Virus record (IMG/VR): IMGVR_UViG_3300005531_000248
Coordinates: 1 to 64,000 of that record
DNA length: 64,000 bases
Reading direction: 5' to 3' (one strand)
Source: a virus
Taxonomy: Duplodnaviria; Heunggongvirae; Uroviricota; Caudoviricetes
Part shown: one piece after another, positions 46,428 to 56,539 of the stretch
How positions within the stretch are numbered: the first letter of the stretch is position 1
Layout of the letters: each line of letters opens with the position of its first letter
The notes under the pieces: model-generated
Databases searched by the model: none
Told to the model about the DNA's origin: nothing
Seen by the model: the letters and a program-made list of their open reading frames with translations, nothing else
Program-made: the position numbers and the translations under genes

Positions 46428-47594
46428 GTGCCATTTGGAATATCAGAGGGAATCGCAGCGGGCGGAAGCCTGCTTGGCGGGATCTTCGGCAAGAACGCCG
46501 CCGACAAAGCCTCGAAACTTCAGGCCCAGACGGCCCAAAAGGTCGCCACCATGGCCGAAAACGCGGCCACCGGCGCCCAGCAGGGCGTCCAGGCGGCCGA
46601 GGGCGGCGTCACCAATGCCGTAAACAATGGCCAGAGCCTGGTCGCTGCGGCGAGTCCCCAGTCGATCGCGGCCGTAAACAACGCGGTCACAAACGCTAAC
46701 CAGACCGTCAATACCGGCGTTCAGAACGCCAACTCGCTGCTTGCGGCCACCAACACAAACGAGCAGAATAACCTGCAGCCGTTCCTTGCTGCAGGGACGC
46801 AGGGCGTCAATTCCTTAGCTGCGGCCTTGCAGCCGGGCGGCGCGCTGACATCGCAGTTCAGTTTCAATCCGACCGACCTTCAAAACGATCCCGGCTATCA
46901 GTTCCGGCTGAAGCAGGGCCTGGGTGCCTTGCAAAGCACTGCCGCGGCGAACGGGTCTTTGCAGAGCGGCAATACATTAGCCGCGATCGAGAATTACGGA
47001 CAGGGCTTGGCCGGAACGGAATATCAGAACGCGTACAACCGGGCGCTGACGACCTTCCAGACCAATCGCACCAACAACCTGCAGTCGCTGATGTCGCTCG
47101 CCAGTTTCGGCCTCCCGGCCGCGGCGCAGTCGAACACGGCCTTCCAGAATTACGGAAACCTGGCATCGTCCAACACCTTAAATGCCGCGCTGTACGGCGG
47201 GACAAACCTCACCAACGCCGGCTACTACACCGGCCAAAATCTTACTGGAACCGCCAACACGCTTGCGAACATGGGCATCACCGGTGCGCAGCTCGGGCTG
47301 CAAGGCGCCGAGGCGTCGGGCCAGTTTGGATTGACGGGCGCGCAGATTGCCGGGACCGCGCTTACGGGCGGCGCCAACGCCCAGGCCGCTGGGATGGTAG
47401 GTGGCTCAAACTCGCTGTGGGGCGGCATTGCCGGTGCGGGAAATGCGCTAGCAAACTACAGCCTCATGAAGTCGCTCAACACCAACAATTATTCACTGCC
47501 GTATTCCGTGGCACCTCCGGGACCGGGCGGATACATGGACATGACCGGAGCAGACTGGTTAACCGGAGCAGACTTAGCACCGGCTGGGTTGTGA
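46428..47594 (+). CDS. low-complexity Gly/Ala/Asn/Gln/Thr-rich virion (internal/ejection-like) protein
   Basis: ORF track; composition. Confidence 0.45.
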   Translation: MPFGISEGIAAGGSLLGGIFGKNAADKASKLQAQTAQKVATMAENAATGAQQGVQAAEGGVTNAVNNGQSLVAAASPQSIAAVNNAVTNANQTVNTGVQNANSLLAATNTNEQNNLQPFLAAGTQGVNSLAAALQPGGALTSQFSFNPTDLQNDPGYQFRLKQGLGALQSTAAANGSLQSGNTLAAIENYGQGLAGTEYQNAYNRALTTFQTNRTNNLQSLMSLASFGLPAAAQSNTAFQNYGNLASSNTLNAALYGGTNLTNAGYYTGQNLTGTANTLANMGITGAQLGLQGAEASGQFGLTGAQIAGTALTGGANAQAAGMVGGSNSLWGGIAGAGNALANYSLMKSLNTNNYSLPYSVAPPGPGGYMDMTGADWLTGADLAPAGL

Positions 47595-47599
47595 GACTT

Positions 47600-47742
47600 T
47601 GATGCTGAGAGTACGGGAGACGGAACCCGTTTGGGGATACCCACGGTTCGCACCGCGCTGCTAACAGGGCGTATCGCCGTCGGTTCCTTCTCCCGTAGGC
47701 CCACTTCTTCCCTGAATCGCTGAGCAGAACAACCCCGACATT
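47600..47742 (+). repeat. HP-B hairpin element with ~60-bp internal insertion
   Basis: gctgagagtacGGGAGAcGgAACCcg[insert]cggttCCTTCTCCCgtaggcccacttcttccctgaat. Confidence 0.5.
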
Positions 47743-47746
47743 GCCT

Positions 47747-47810
47747 CAGAGCGCGCACGCGGGAAAGTTTCTGACCGTGTTCGACCGCTGAGAAAAGCGT
47801 CGAAAACAAA
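47747..47810 (+). repeat. RE-1 dispersed element (forward, subfamily B)
   Basis: cagagcgcgcacgcgggaaagtttctgaccgtgttcgaccgctgagaaaagcgtcgaaaacaaag. Confidence 0.7.
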
Positions 47811-47830
47811 GCCATACGAATGGACTATTT

Positions 47831-49534
47831 ATGCTGCCAGTAGCTCTAGACGTTAAACCTCCCCAGTTCGCCAATCCCTTAGACCAGGCAGCCAGGCTCT
47901 ATTCCTTAAAAGGAGCGATCCAGGAAAATCAACTTCGCGCGCAACAGGTGCAGGCCGCCGAACTAGAAAACCAGCAGAGACAGACTCTCCTGCAAGATCA
48001 GAACACGATTAAGAACGAATTTGCCAAGACCGCCGCGGCCGATCCAAGTAAGCCAGTCGATTGGAATTCATTCCGGTCTGGACTTGACGGGAAGGTGAGC
48101 CCAACAACACTTCTCGCGCTCGACGCGGATCACTTGAAAATGCAACAGGCCGCGCAAGAGCTCGCGCTTTCACAAGAGACCACCGCTAAATCCAAGTACG
48201 AGAATCTCAAGACACGCAACCTCTTAGAAGGCCAAGCCCTAGCCGGAATCCTACAGGCGCCGCCGGAAAAGAAAATGGATTTCTACCAGAGCGCGCTTGA
48301 CAACTTGAGACAGCGGGGCATCGACACGAAGGATTACCCTCCAACCTATCCCGGCGACGACGAAGTGATGGCCCATGCCGCTAAGGTCGGATACCTCAGC
48401 ACTATTTTCGACAGCGCCGACAAAATGGCGAAAGCCAAAAAGGAACAGACCGACGCCGTCGACCAGGAAGTCTCCTCTTTTGCAAAGAACGCTCCCGATA
48501 ACCAAGAAGCATGGACCGCGCAGTGGAAAACGCTTTCGCCCGCTGCGCAGGCCAAGGTTCCAGCCATTTACTCGCCGGACGCCGTAGCAAAACTGACGCG
48601 CGCGCAAGTCCCGGTAGCCGAGCGTCCGAAATACGACATCGACCTCATGAATGCCGCAGCAGCGGCCAACATGAACCCTGCGAAACTGCGCGCCCAGGTT
48701 GACGGTGTGATCGATCCCCGCCGCTATCCGCTCCAAAATCAGCGCGCCAAAGCAGCCGCCGCGAATGCCCTACAAAACGGCCTCGGACTCAAGGGTGTCA
48801 ACGACGCCATTGAAAAGGGCGCTCAGTCAGTACAGGAGATCGAGCGTGAAGTCGACCCCGGTGTAATCAATGCGAGGGTTCAGGGCACGGTCCAAGCCCA
48901 AAGACAGCTGAATGCATCGTCGAACGCGGCACTCTCGAACGTACCGCCTCATCTTATTGCCCCGGCCACAGCCAACTACACCAAAATCAGCGATGAATAC
49001 GCCGATGCGGTAAACGCCGCAGACGAGATGCAGAGCATCATCGACCTTGCAAAGTCCGGGAACAAGGTCGCATACGCATACGCGCCCACTACCGGAGTCC
49101 TCACGATCAACGCCGGAAATCAGGTGAAGCGCGTCAATATGCCCGAGATTCAGACCTACGGCGGGGCTGGCTCCGCGCTCGATCGTTTACAGGGTTGGCT
49201 CGGAAAACAGACCAGCGGCCAATCGATTCCGCCGCAGATTTTGGACGCGATGCAGGATCTTCACGGGACGCTTGCAAAGGTGGCCGCCGAGCGCTACAGC
49301 AACAAGATCAATGTGCTGAACCAGTCCTACGGTTCGACCTTCAAGGGTGCCTCCATCCAACCGAGGGGTTCAAACACTTCGACCAAAGGTTCGGACGTTC
49401 CCGCGATTCCCCCCTCACTTTCACAGTCGGATGTCGGGAAAATCTATTTCTCGCCGAAGACCGGGAAAAAACTCAAGATCACAGCGGTCAATCCCAGCAA
49501 CCCGAAATTATTCACAGCAGAAGACGTTCAATAA
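47831..49534 (+). CDS. coiled-coil virion protein (internal/ejection protein candidate)
   Basis: Gln/Ala-rich heptad regions. Confidence 0.5.
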   Translation: MLPVALDVKPPQFANPLDQAARLYSLKGAIQENQLRAQQVQAAELENQQRQTLLQDQNTIKNEFAKTAAADPSKPVDWNSFRSGLDGKVSPTTLLALDADHLKMQQAAQELALSQETTAKSKYENLKTRNLLEGQALAGILQAPPEKKMDFYQSALDNLRQRGIDTKDYPPTYPGDDEVMAHAAKVGYLSTIFDSADKMAKAKKEQTDAVDQEVSSFAKNAPDNQEAWTAQWKTLSPAAQAKVPAIYSPDAVAKLTRAQVPVAERPKYDIDLMNAAAAANMNPAKLRAQVDGVIDPRRYPLQNQRAKAAAANALQNGLGLKGVNDAIEKGAQSVQEIEREVDPGVINARVQGTVQAQRQLNASSNAALSNVPPHLIAPATANYTKISDEYADAVNAADEMQSIIDLAKSGNKVAYAYAPTTGVLTINAGNQVKRVNMPEIQTYGGAGSALDRLQGWLGKQTSGQSIPPQILDAMQDLHGTLAKVAAERYSNKINVLNQSYGSTFKGASIQPRGSNTSTKGSDVPAIPPSLSQSDVGKIYFSPKTGKKLKITAVNPSNPKLFTAEDVQ

Positions 49535-51691
49535 GTGCCCGACCCACAAACAGTACAGTGGCAGTCTACCGACGACCATGCCGGTCCGTCTGTCGCAGGA
49601 CCGTCGCAGTGGCAGTCCACCGACGACCATATCACCACCAAAACCCCTTCGCTCGACTGGTCTAGGGTCATTCAAAATCTCCCCGGCAGCCTGAAAAACC
49701 TCGTCACATCCACTGCTCCGGGGCCGAACAGCGACTCTCTGCCGCCCGTACCGGGATTTCCGGCCAGGAAAGACTTTCAGTCCGATGCGGACTATGAAGC
49801 GGCTTTTCAAAAGGCGCTGGAAACGAAGACACCGTTAACAGGCCGGTTTTCCAACGCTCATCCAGACTTCGCGAGCCGCTTTCCAATGCTCGCTTCCGGC
49901 TTCGACTCTGTAGAAGAACTCGCGCACAACATCACCCATCCACGGGAGTTTTTCGAGAAAGATCCGGTCGGTGCCGCAAACACCTACGGAAATATCATGG
50001 CCGGCGGCCTGAAGGGTCTAGCTAAGGCCGCGCCAGAGACGGCTGACAGTGCAGTCGCCGCAACAAAAGGCGCCGGCAAGGGGGCCGTCGATTCACTCAA
50101 AAAGCTTAACTACAAGACGGACATTATGCTGCCGGGCTTTGCGGGCCAAGCTGTGGGAGTCGGCTATCACGGCGGTATTGGTCTAGCCCTGGGCGGAAAA
50201 ATGGTGACTGGCGCTGTTCGGGGCGCCTTGGATGCACTCGCCGCACGCCACGCAGAATTAGCCGAGGCCACCGCTGCCAGAGATGCTGCGGCCGCAAAAG
50301 CCGCCGACGCGATAAGAGCCAACATCCCGAAGGCTGAATCTGCCCCGGCCGCAACAGCCGAACAGCCTCCGGTTCCCCTGCCTGAGTCGCGACAATTACC
50401 CGCTCCTTCAGGAAAGCCGCCCATCATCGCTGGCCCTATCACTCCACAAGGGATCACCGGCCAGGATGTCACGGCAAGCAACCGCCCGATCGATGAAGCC
50501 GCCCCGGCAACTCCTCCTGCTTCACCCGATGCCGCCCCTCGCGACGGAGAAATCATCAGTAAGGATGAACTGGCGCAATCGGCAGACGTCACCGCCAAAC
50601 CCCGTACAAAGTACGCAGAGTTAAGCGAAGAGGACAAGGCTAGGGTCGATAGCGTATATCGCGGACTCCACGACCGGCCGCTTTCTCCCGCTGCTGCGCT
50701 GCCTACCACCCCAGAAAGCACCCGCGTAGAATGGCAAACGCCCGCCGAAAAAGCTGCCGCAGCCGCAAAGAGCGGTGCCCAGGCAAATTCTCCTACAGCG
50801 GAAGTCTCCAAGGCCGCAGACGCTAATCCTGCGCCGGCCAAAGAAACTCCGGCCGAGGAACCCCACAGCTTTTCAAGCACACAGGTTCAACTCCCTCCAT
50901 CTGCGCCAACCTCCCGCGTCGTGAATCTTCCCGGAGACGCGAGCAAGGCTTTCGCGCCGGCCAAGATCATGAGCGAAGAAGGCCTCACGCAGTACGCTCG
51001 CGAAAATGGATTAGGGGAGGACGAAGCCCGCCAAAACCTCGAAGGCGATGGATACCAGATCGTCGGACGGTCCTATATCAACCGGGCGCTTCACGGCATT
51101 GGATCGGAACTCGGATTAGATCACGAGGCGCTTTCCGACGTCGCGAAAATGCAGTACCGCGTAAAATCCATGACTCAGTTGAGCCAGGAGAACATGCTCG
51201 AGCTGTACCAGAATCTTCTCGACAAACGATCCATCAGTGAACCATTGCGGGGTAAGTTAGAAATGGCTGAGGAAGCTCAGAAGAGCAAAACGCAGCAGTG
51301 GACGCCACCTGCGGTTGCTTCCCCTGGGGATACCCCCCGTCAGGCCGGTGTGGTTGAGCCCAGCGTATCGCCAGCACCCCCTTCTTCCCTTCCGGAATCT
51401 GCTGCGGCGGGTTCCTCACGTTCGGCGCAGAAAGAGGCAGCGGGAGCGAACACCGACGTCCCCTCCGCACTCAAGAACAATCCGAAGGCGCTGGCCGCTG
51501 CGCAGGCACTTAAGGATGCCCTGGAGAAACCCGAAGATCTGAAAAACGCCGCCGCACTGGAAACAACCGAAGCCCCGGCCACGCCCGTAAAAAGCTGGCC
51601 GCTGATCAACGTGGGCGACGTAGTGCAGATCAAGAGTGGCCGATTTGTGAAGGTAAAGGGACTCAGGCCAGACGGGTCGATCATATACTGA
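49535..51691 (+). CDS. large Pro/Ala-rich virion protein (ejection protein candidate)
   Basis: 718 aa; contiguous with previous gene. Confidence 0.5.
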   Translation: MPDPQTVQWQSTDDHAGPSVAGPSQWQSTDDHITTKTPSLDWSRVIQNLPGSLKNLVTSTAPGPNSDSLPPVPGFPARKDFQSDADYEAAFQKALETKTPLTGRFSNAHPDFASRFPMLASGFDSVEELAHNITHPREFFEKDPVGAANTYGNIMAGGLKGLAKAAPETADSAVAATKGAGKGAVDSLKKLNYKTDIMLPGFAGQAVGVGYHGGIGLALGGKMVTGAVRGALDALAARHAELAEATAARDAAAAKAADAIRANIPKAESAPAATAEQPPVPLPESRQLPAPSGKPPIIAGPITPQGITGQDVTASNRPIDEAAPATPPASPDAAPRDGEIISKDELAQSADVTAKPRTKYAELSEEDKARVDSVYRGLHDRPLSPAAALPTTPESTRVEWQTPAEKAAAAAKSGAQANSPTAEVSKAADANPAPAKETPAEEPHSFSSTQVQLPPSAPTSRVVNLPGDASKAFAPAKIMSEEGLTQYARENGLGEDEARQNLEGDGYQIVGRSYINRALHGIGSELGLDHEALSDVAKMQYRVKSMTQLSQENMLELYQNLLDKRSISEPLRGKLEMAEEAQKSKTQQWTPPAVASPGDTPRQAGVVEPSVSPAPPSSLPESAAAGSSRSAQKEAAGANTDVPSALKNNPKALAAAQALKDALEKPEDLKNAAALETTEAPATPVKSWPLINVGDVVQIKSGRFVKVKGLRPDGSIIY

Positions 51692-51928
51692 TCAATAAGG
51701 AGTATCCAGAGTGGAAGATTCCCTTACTGGGACGGTCCTTCAAAACCTTCAAACAGCCGGCGCAGCTCGTCTTGCTGCTCTTTGTCAGAAGGATCGGGAT
51801 GCCCTAGCATCTCTATTAGCCGGGTGTATATCGCGCCAAGGCCGGGTCCAGGATCTGCGGCTTGCTTCGCTTCGAGAGCTCGCAGTTAGGTAGTCTCGAC
51901 ATAAGGGAGCAACGAATTATGGATTGGG

Positions 51929-52186
51929 TCATTGAGGCGGTCCATCGTGCGACTCAAGCAGCCGACGCAGCGCTTCGAGCTTCTCTTTCTCGATTTGATC
52001 GGCCAGATGCTGCTCAAGCCGGTCTTCCCACAACTGCTTCAGTTCGGAAATGCGCCGCTCGACGTCCGCATCCGCAACAATTCCCTGCTCCTGCAGCAGA
52101 CTCTGAACCGCATAAAGCCTGAAACTAAGCTCTGTGACCCGCGCATTCAACAACAGGTACATCTGGCGGTGGTCTTCCTCCGACAT
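51929..52186 (-). CDS. hypothetical coiled-coil protein (moron, minus strand)
   Basis: ORF track; well-formed helical sequence. Confidence 0.4.
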   Translation of the reverse strand: MSEEDHRQMYLLLNARVTELSFRLYAVQSLLQEQGIVADADVERRISELKQLWEDRLEQHLADQIEKEKLEALRRLLESHDGPPQ

Positions 52187-52189
52187 GTT

Positions 52190-52606
52190 TTACGCCGCCA
52201 TCGCGCTCATTTCGCGCCGAATGCTCAAAATCCCCGTGCGGTACTCTTTCCGAATCTCAGGCCGGGCGAAGGAATCGTGCATTTCAACTAATTCGAGCAG
52301 TTGCGGCCCGGTAAGGTTCACGATCTCAAGCACTCCGCGCTTCAGCATTTTGGCGCGCTTCAGGGGTTCCGTTAAAGAAAGCAGCAGATCGCGCCACTCG
52401 CCGAATCCCTGGGAGTCGCGGACCTGTTTGGCATGGGCGCGCTGCGCCAGAACGCTGCATTCCTTGACGGCCAGCAGCAAAATGTCGCGCAGCACGCGAG
52501 CTGAAGCCTTCGCGCCCAGATCGTGGATGCGCACGCTGTATCGAATCTCTGGCGCGGCGGATCGGTCCGCTCGGCCTGTTCTGTTGACGACGTAAAGAGA
52601 TGCCAT
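52190..52606 (-). CDS. hypothetical protein (moron, minus strand)
   Basis: ORF track; 4-nt gap to downstream minus gene suggests operon. Confidence 0.45.
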   Translation of the reverse strand: MASLYVVNRTGRADRSAAPEIRYSVRIHDLGAKASARVLRDILLLAVKECSVLAQRAHAKQVRDSQGFGEWRDLLLSLTEPLKRAKMLKRGVLEIVNLTGPQLLELVEMHDSFARPEIRKEYRTGILSIRREMSAMAA

Positions 52607-52695
52607 TGTGTCCTCACTTTGCGGTTAAGGTCCGCGTACCGTTTTTATCTCAGCACTGTCATTATGGCCTGACCGCTCAAGCTATGTCAAGGCTA

Positions 52696-52726
52696 TTGTT
52701 TGTCACTTGAGCGCATAAGTTATACT
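52696..52726 (+). promoter_or_regulatory. sigma-70-like promoter; -10 TATACT 7 nt before ATG (leaderless)
   Basis: TTGTCA (52700-05) / TTGTTT (52696-701) ... TATACT (52721-26); ATG at 52734. Confidence 0.45.
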
Positions 52727-52733
52727 GATTCCG

Positions 52734-52970
52734 ATGAGCGCCCCGAGAAAGAATGCGGCGGCTGTCGCGCTAGGTCGGCTAGGAGGCCAGAAAGGTGGCC
52801 CAGCTAGGGCAGCCAAGTTGTCGCGCAAGCGCAGACAGGAAATTGCCAGTCAGGCTGGAAAAGCAGGTGCCCGGTCGCGCTGGGACCAGTGGCTTCTCGA
52901 TAATCCCGACAAGGCTGAAGAGGCTATGGAGCGCCGCAGGCGCCGCGCATTGCGAACGAAGGGAAAATGA
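52734..52970 (+). CDS. small basic protein, paralog of 53623..53805
   Basis: RKNAAAVALGRLGGQKGGPARAAKLSRKRRQEIASQAG. Confidence 0.45.
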   Translation: MSAPRKNAAAVALGRLGGQKGGPARAAKLSRKRRQEIASQAGKAGARSRWDQWLLDNPDKAEEAMERRRRRALRTKGK

Positions 52971-53005
52971 CGGTCTAACGTTGACCTGTTCGTGCTTAGA
53001 ACACC

Positions 53006-53311
53006 TTGATCGCCACCATGCGCAGAGCCTTGGTTATCTCGCTGGCTGATCTTCGTTTTGTATCGGTCAGATGCCAGCACTGTCGCACGCGCGTTGTATT
53101 GGATCTTCAGGAACCTTCTGAACACGCAACCAGGTTCGGAGTGCTGCTTCCAAATGAGTGTCCGGGCTGCCGCAAGAGCTATGACACGGCGTTGGCTCCC
53201 GGGTTGGTGGACCTGCAAAACTCTTACCGGAATCTGCTCAAAATCGAAAAGCAGATCGAGTTTCAAAGCGGTGAGATAGAGCACGCGCCGGGAGAGGACC
53301 GAGTTCCATGA
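53006..53311 (+). CDS. zinc-ribbon protein
   Basis: CQHCRT...ECPGCRK. Confidence 0.4.
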   Translation: MIATMRRALVISLADLRFVSVRCQHCRTRVVLDLQEPSEHATRFGVLLPNECPGCRKSYDTALAPGLVDLQNSYRNLLKIEKQIEFQSGEIEHAPGEDRVP

Positions 53312-53541
53312 GCGAGACCTGGCAGGTGTTCCGGCTGGCAGAGCTGGACTCGATCAGTTTCGAGTGTCCCAACTGCAAAACCGTGGTAACGTTCAGCGGC
53401 CACGGACAAATCGTTACGCAAGCTGAGCGGAACTGCCCTGGCTGCAATAAAGAAATCCCTGGAGCCGGTGAGATTCTCGGCCTGTACTGGCGGTTTTATC
53501 AGCAGGGCAAAGACAAGGTCACTCTCAGGGCAAAGGCCTAG
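53308..53541 (+). CDS. zinc-ribbon protein (paralog of previous)
   Basis: ECPNCKT...NCPGCNK; ATGA overlap. Confidence 0.45.
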   Translation: MSETWQVFRLAELDSISFECPNCKTVVTFSGHGQIVTQAERNCPGCNKEIPGAGEILGLYWRFYQQGKDKVTLRAKA

Positions 53542-53622
53542 TACCGGTACTTCTTCGCTTTTACCCAAGTAACAGTACGTCAGCGTTTGCCACGCCTCCC
53601 ACAAGCGCTTATACTTTGGCTG

Positions 53623-53805
53623 ATGGCGAAGAGAAAGAATCCGGCCGCAGTTGCTCTTGGGCGCCGCGGCGGTCAAAAGCGAGTACCTAAGGGATTTGCA
53701 ATGATGCCGCCGGAGACCAGACGCGAAATAGCCCGCGCCGGCGCGCTGCTTCGATGGAAGAACAAAGCGCGTTCCGTCCAGGTCGGCCAAACGCACCTAG
53801 CGTAA
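53623..53805 (+). CDS. small basic protein, paralog of 52734..52970 (start ATG 53623)
   Basis: MAKRKNPAAVALGRRGGQKRVPKGFAMMPPETRREIARAGALLRW; TATACT at 53610-15, 7 nt before ATG. Confidence 0.45.
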   Translation: MAKRKNPAAVALGRRGGQKRVPKGFAMMPPETRREIARAGALLRWKNKARSVQVGQTHLA

Positions 53806-53811
53806 AAACGC

Positions 53812-54525
53812 ATGCCTGAAATTCACATCCGCGACGTCGTGAAGGTGATCCGCAAAGGTAAACCTGAGCCAACTAACGGCCGCGCGATACGCCGTGTCAC
53901 CGGGAGCGCGAATATCCCGCTCAACGAGCAGGGACGAGCGCAGGTGAAACAGATGGCGGCCAAGTATTCGCACCCGTTTAGCAACGTCTTCTCGGGGCCC
54001 GAAGATCGATCGCTCGAGACGGCCGAACATTTTGGCGACCCCATCACGCTCAAAGGCCTGGACGCCTGGTTCCGCGGCGCGCTCGAAGGAAGGCCGGCGC
54101 ACACCGTCTACGCCGCCATGCGCGCGCTCATTCTCAAACCGGATTCGCGGCCGCCGGGCGTAAGCCCGATTTCAGGCAAGCCCGGCGAGACGTATAAAGA
54201 GTTTCTGAAGCCGCTCATGATCGTCATGCGCGCCGCGCAGGAGCATCTGAGGCAGGGCGAACGCATCTTGCTGGTCACGTCGGGCGGAAACCTCCAAGCC
54301 ATCGATCATTTCGCGGCCGAGGGGTTCCCGCTCGATCCAGATCGGAAAGACTTTATCAAGCTCGCCCAGAAACCGTACTGGTCCGCAACCGGGCAGCTAT
54401 TCTTCCTTGAAAAGACCGGACTGGCCAAGGTGTCGGACAACGATAAGCCCGGCATCTACGTGATGGAACACAGCTCGACGGATTTCAATCCTACTCCACT
54501 TTCAAATTCCGCAAATTCCAATTAG
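53812..54525 (+). CDS. histidine-phosphatase-superfamily-like protein lacking the catalytic His residues
   Basis: IRRVTGSANIPLNEQGRAQVKQMA resembles RHG..w...PLt..G..QA but His->Val; later LLVTSGGNLQAI in place of HGG. Confidence 0.35.
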   Translation: MPEIHIRDVVKVIRKGKPEPTNGRAIRRVTGSANIPLNEQGRAQVKQMAAKYSHPFSNVFSGPEDRSLETAEHFGDPITLKGLDAWFRGALEGRPAHTVYAAMRALILKPDSRPPGVSPISGKPGETYKEFLKPLMIVMRAAQEHLRQGERILLVTSGGNLQAIDHFAAEGFPLDPDRKDFIKLAQKPYWSATGQLFFLEKTGLAKVSDNDKPGIYVMEHSSTDFNPTPLSNSANSN

Positions 54526-55049
54526 TTTCCGGGAGGACTTGCCTCCGTTCCTCATTGCCGGAGCCGTCCCCGGACATATGCGGAGCGGCACCTAATCTCC
54601 TTGCGGGCTAACCCGCGCCGCTCCGTATCGTGACTTTGGATGTACACCGTCATCATAAACGTCGATTCCCCCGACCGGTTGAAACGAGTGCATACGGTCT
54701 TGGGCCAGTGGGCCTTGAGACTCAACTGTCCGCAATGGCAGGTCGATTTCTCTGACAAAGCCAAGGCTCTTTTGGCCGTTTATAACTTGAACGGAATCCC
54801 TGGAGTGCGGGCGACCAAAGCAGGATGGGAATGAGTGCCTGGTTCCTTCGATGAGTCTTCCAACACAGTTTTGCTGCACCCGGTCCCGTCTGATTTCTCA
54901 CCAGTAGAACACCGATAGCACAGCGATCATCCAGCCAGGCTCCCGGCTCTCGGGGGCCTTTTTTCTGCCCGTCTCCGCAGCCTCGCTGGGTGCAGCAAAA
55001 ACGCACGATTACAGTTCAGTTGACCGACATCCCGCACAAGAAAACCATG

Positions 55050-56522
55050 CTTCGAAAACTCTTACTGATCCTCCCCTTATTCCTGGCCTCGCTCTATTCG
55101 CAAAACGCCGGCTTGTCTCCCTATCCCAAGCTGCAGTTCTTTGACAACAACGGTGTGGCCTGCTCAGGGTGTCTGCTCTATAGCTATCTGGCCGGAACGA
55201 CAACGCCCCAGGCGACCTATACGGATTCGACCGGTTCTTTCCCGAATTCAAATCCGGTTGTGGCGGACTCGGCCGGAAGGATGAGTGTCTGGCTGGGGGC
55301 GATGGCGTACAAACTGGTCCTGCAAACCTCGGGCGGATCGACGCTGTGGACCGTGGATAACGTCGTGTCCCCGGTGCTTGCGAACTATTTATCGTTGAAC
55401 GGCGGTACGCTGGCCGGAAACGTATTATCGTCGGGAGCAACAAATCTCGGCAACACCTCCAATCCCTTCGGCTCGTTGTTCTTGAATCAGGCCTTGGTCA
55501 TGAGCGGATCCACCGTTGTGGATTCGGGCCGCAACGCCACGGTGCAAAACCTGACGATCAACGGAACGTGTACAGGATGTGGAAGTGTTTCTGGATTCCT
55601 GCCGCTGACCGGCGGCACCTTAACCGGAAACCTGGTCATGAACGGCGGCGGTGTGCTGTTTGGCGCCAACACCGTAATCGACACCAACCGGAACGGGACG
55701 TTCAATAATCTGACGATTACCGGGACGTGCACAGGCTGCGGGAGCGGCGGCGGAGGCGGCGCGTTTCTTCCGCTGGCCGGCGGGACCATGGCGGGCTCAA
55801 TCCAGTGGGCCGTGGATGGAATCTACAACCTCGGCAACATTGCCGCCAAGGCGGCGGGCATCTACGGGGCTAATTTCTATGTCGGGACCCAGGTGGTTCC
55901 CTTGTCGGGCGGGGCCAGTCTGGGAAGCAATATCCTGCCGTTCTCTAACATCTGGGGCCAGCAGTTCACCGGCGGAAACGCGAACTTCGTCAATGTCACG
56001 ATTACCGGAACGTGTTCAGGGTGCGGGAGCGGCGGCGGAGGCGGCGGGGGCGGAGCAAATACGTCCTTGTCCAACCTGACAGCACCAACGGCCATCAACA
56101 CCTCACTGTGGCCGGCAGCATCGGGTGCGGCGGATATCGGAGCGGCTAACCACTACTGGTCCAACGGCTTTTTCGGCGGTCAGCTAGAAACTTCAAACCT
56201 TGAGATCGTTTTCGGAACTCCAAATAGCATCACAGACTTTTGGAATCTACAACCGAATGGAATACACATTCTTGATTTGAAGGATTCATCGGCCAATACT
56301 CTAATGCGTTTTTATACAGTCTTTGGAGTAGGGTCTTCCGCATATTTTGTCATGAACGCAAATCTGTATCCCAATGGCGCCGGCCTAAACCTCGGGGCTC
56401 CCGGATCTGCGACAACCTGGCAAACACTGTATCTCTCGTCCGGCGTCAACATCAACGGCACGGCAGGGCATACCGGAGGAACCTGTTCGCACTGGACGGG
56501 CGGAATTTGCGACGCGCCCTAA
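55050..56522 (+). CDS. secreted Gly/Thr/Asn-rich repeat protein (tail-fibre/adhesin-like)
   Basis: signal peptide MLRKLLLILPLFLASLYSQNAG; three copies of NLTI(N/T)GTC(T/S)GCGS followed by Gly runs. Confidence 0.55.
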   Translation, partial: LRKLLLILPLFLASLYSQNAGLSPYPKLQFFDNNGVACSGCLLYSYLAGTTTPQATYTDSTGSFPNSNPVVADSAGRMSVWLGAMAYKLVLQTSGGSTLWTVDNVVSPVLANYLSLNGGTLAGNVLSSGATNLGNTSNPFGSLFLNQALVMSGSTVVDSGRNATVQNLTINGTCTGCGSVSGFLPLTGGTLTGNLVMNGGGVLFGANTVIDTNRNGTFNNLTITGTCTGCGSGGGGGAFLPLAGGTMAGSIQWAVDGIYNLGNIAAKAAGIYGANFYVGTQVVPLSGGASLGSNILPFSNIWGQQFTGGNANFVNVTITGTCSGCGSGGGGGGGGANTSLSNLTAPTAINTSLWPAASGAADIGAANHYWSNGFFGGQLETSNLEIVFGTPNSITDFWNLQPNGIHILDLKDSSANTLMRFYTVFGVGSSAYFVMNANLYPNGAGLNLGAPGSATTWQTLYLSSGVNINGTAGHTGGTCSHWTGGICDAP

Positions 56523-56539
56523 ACCCCAACTGACCTACA

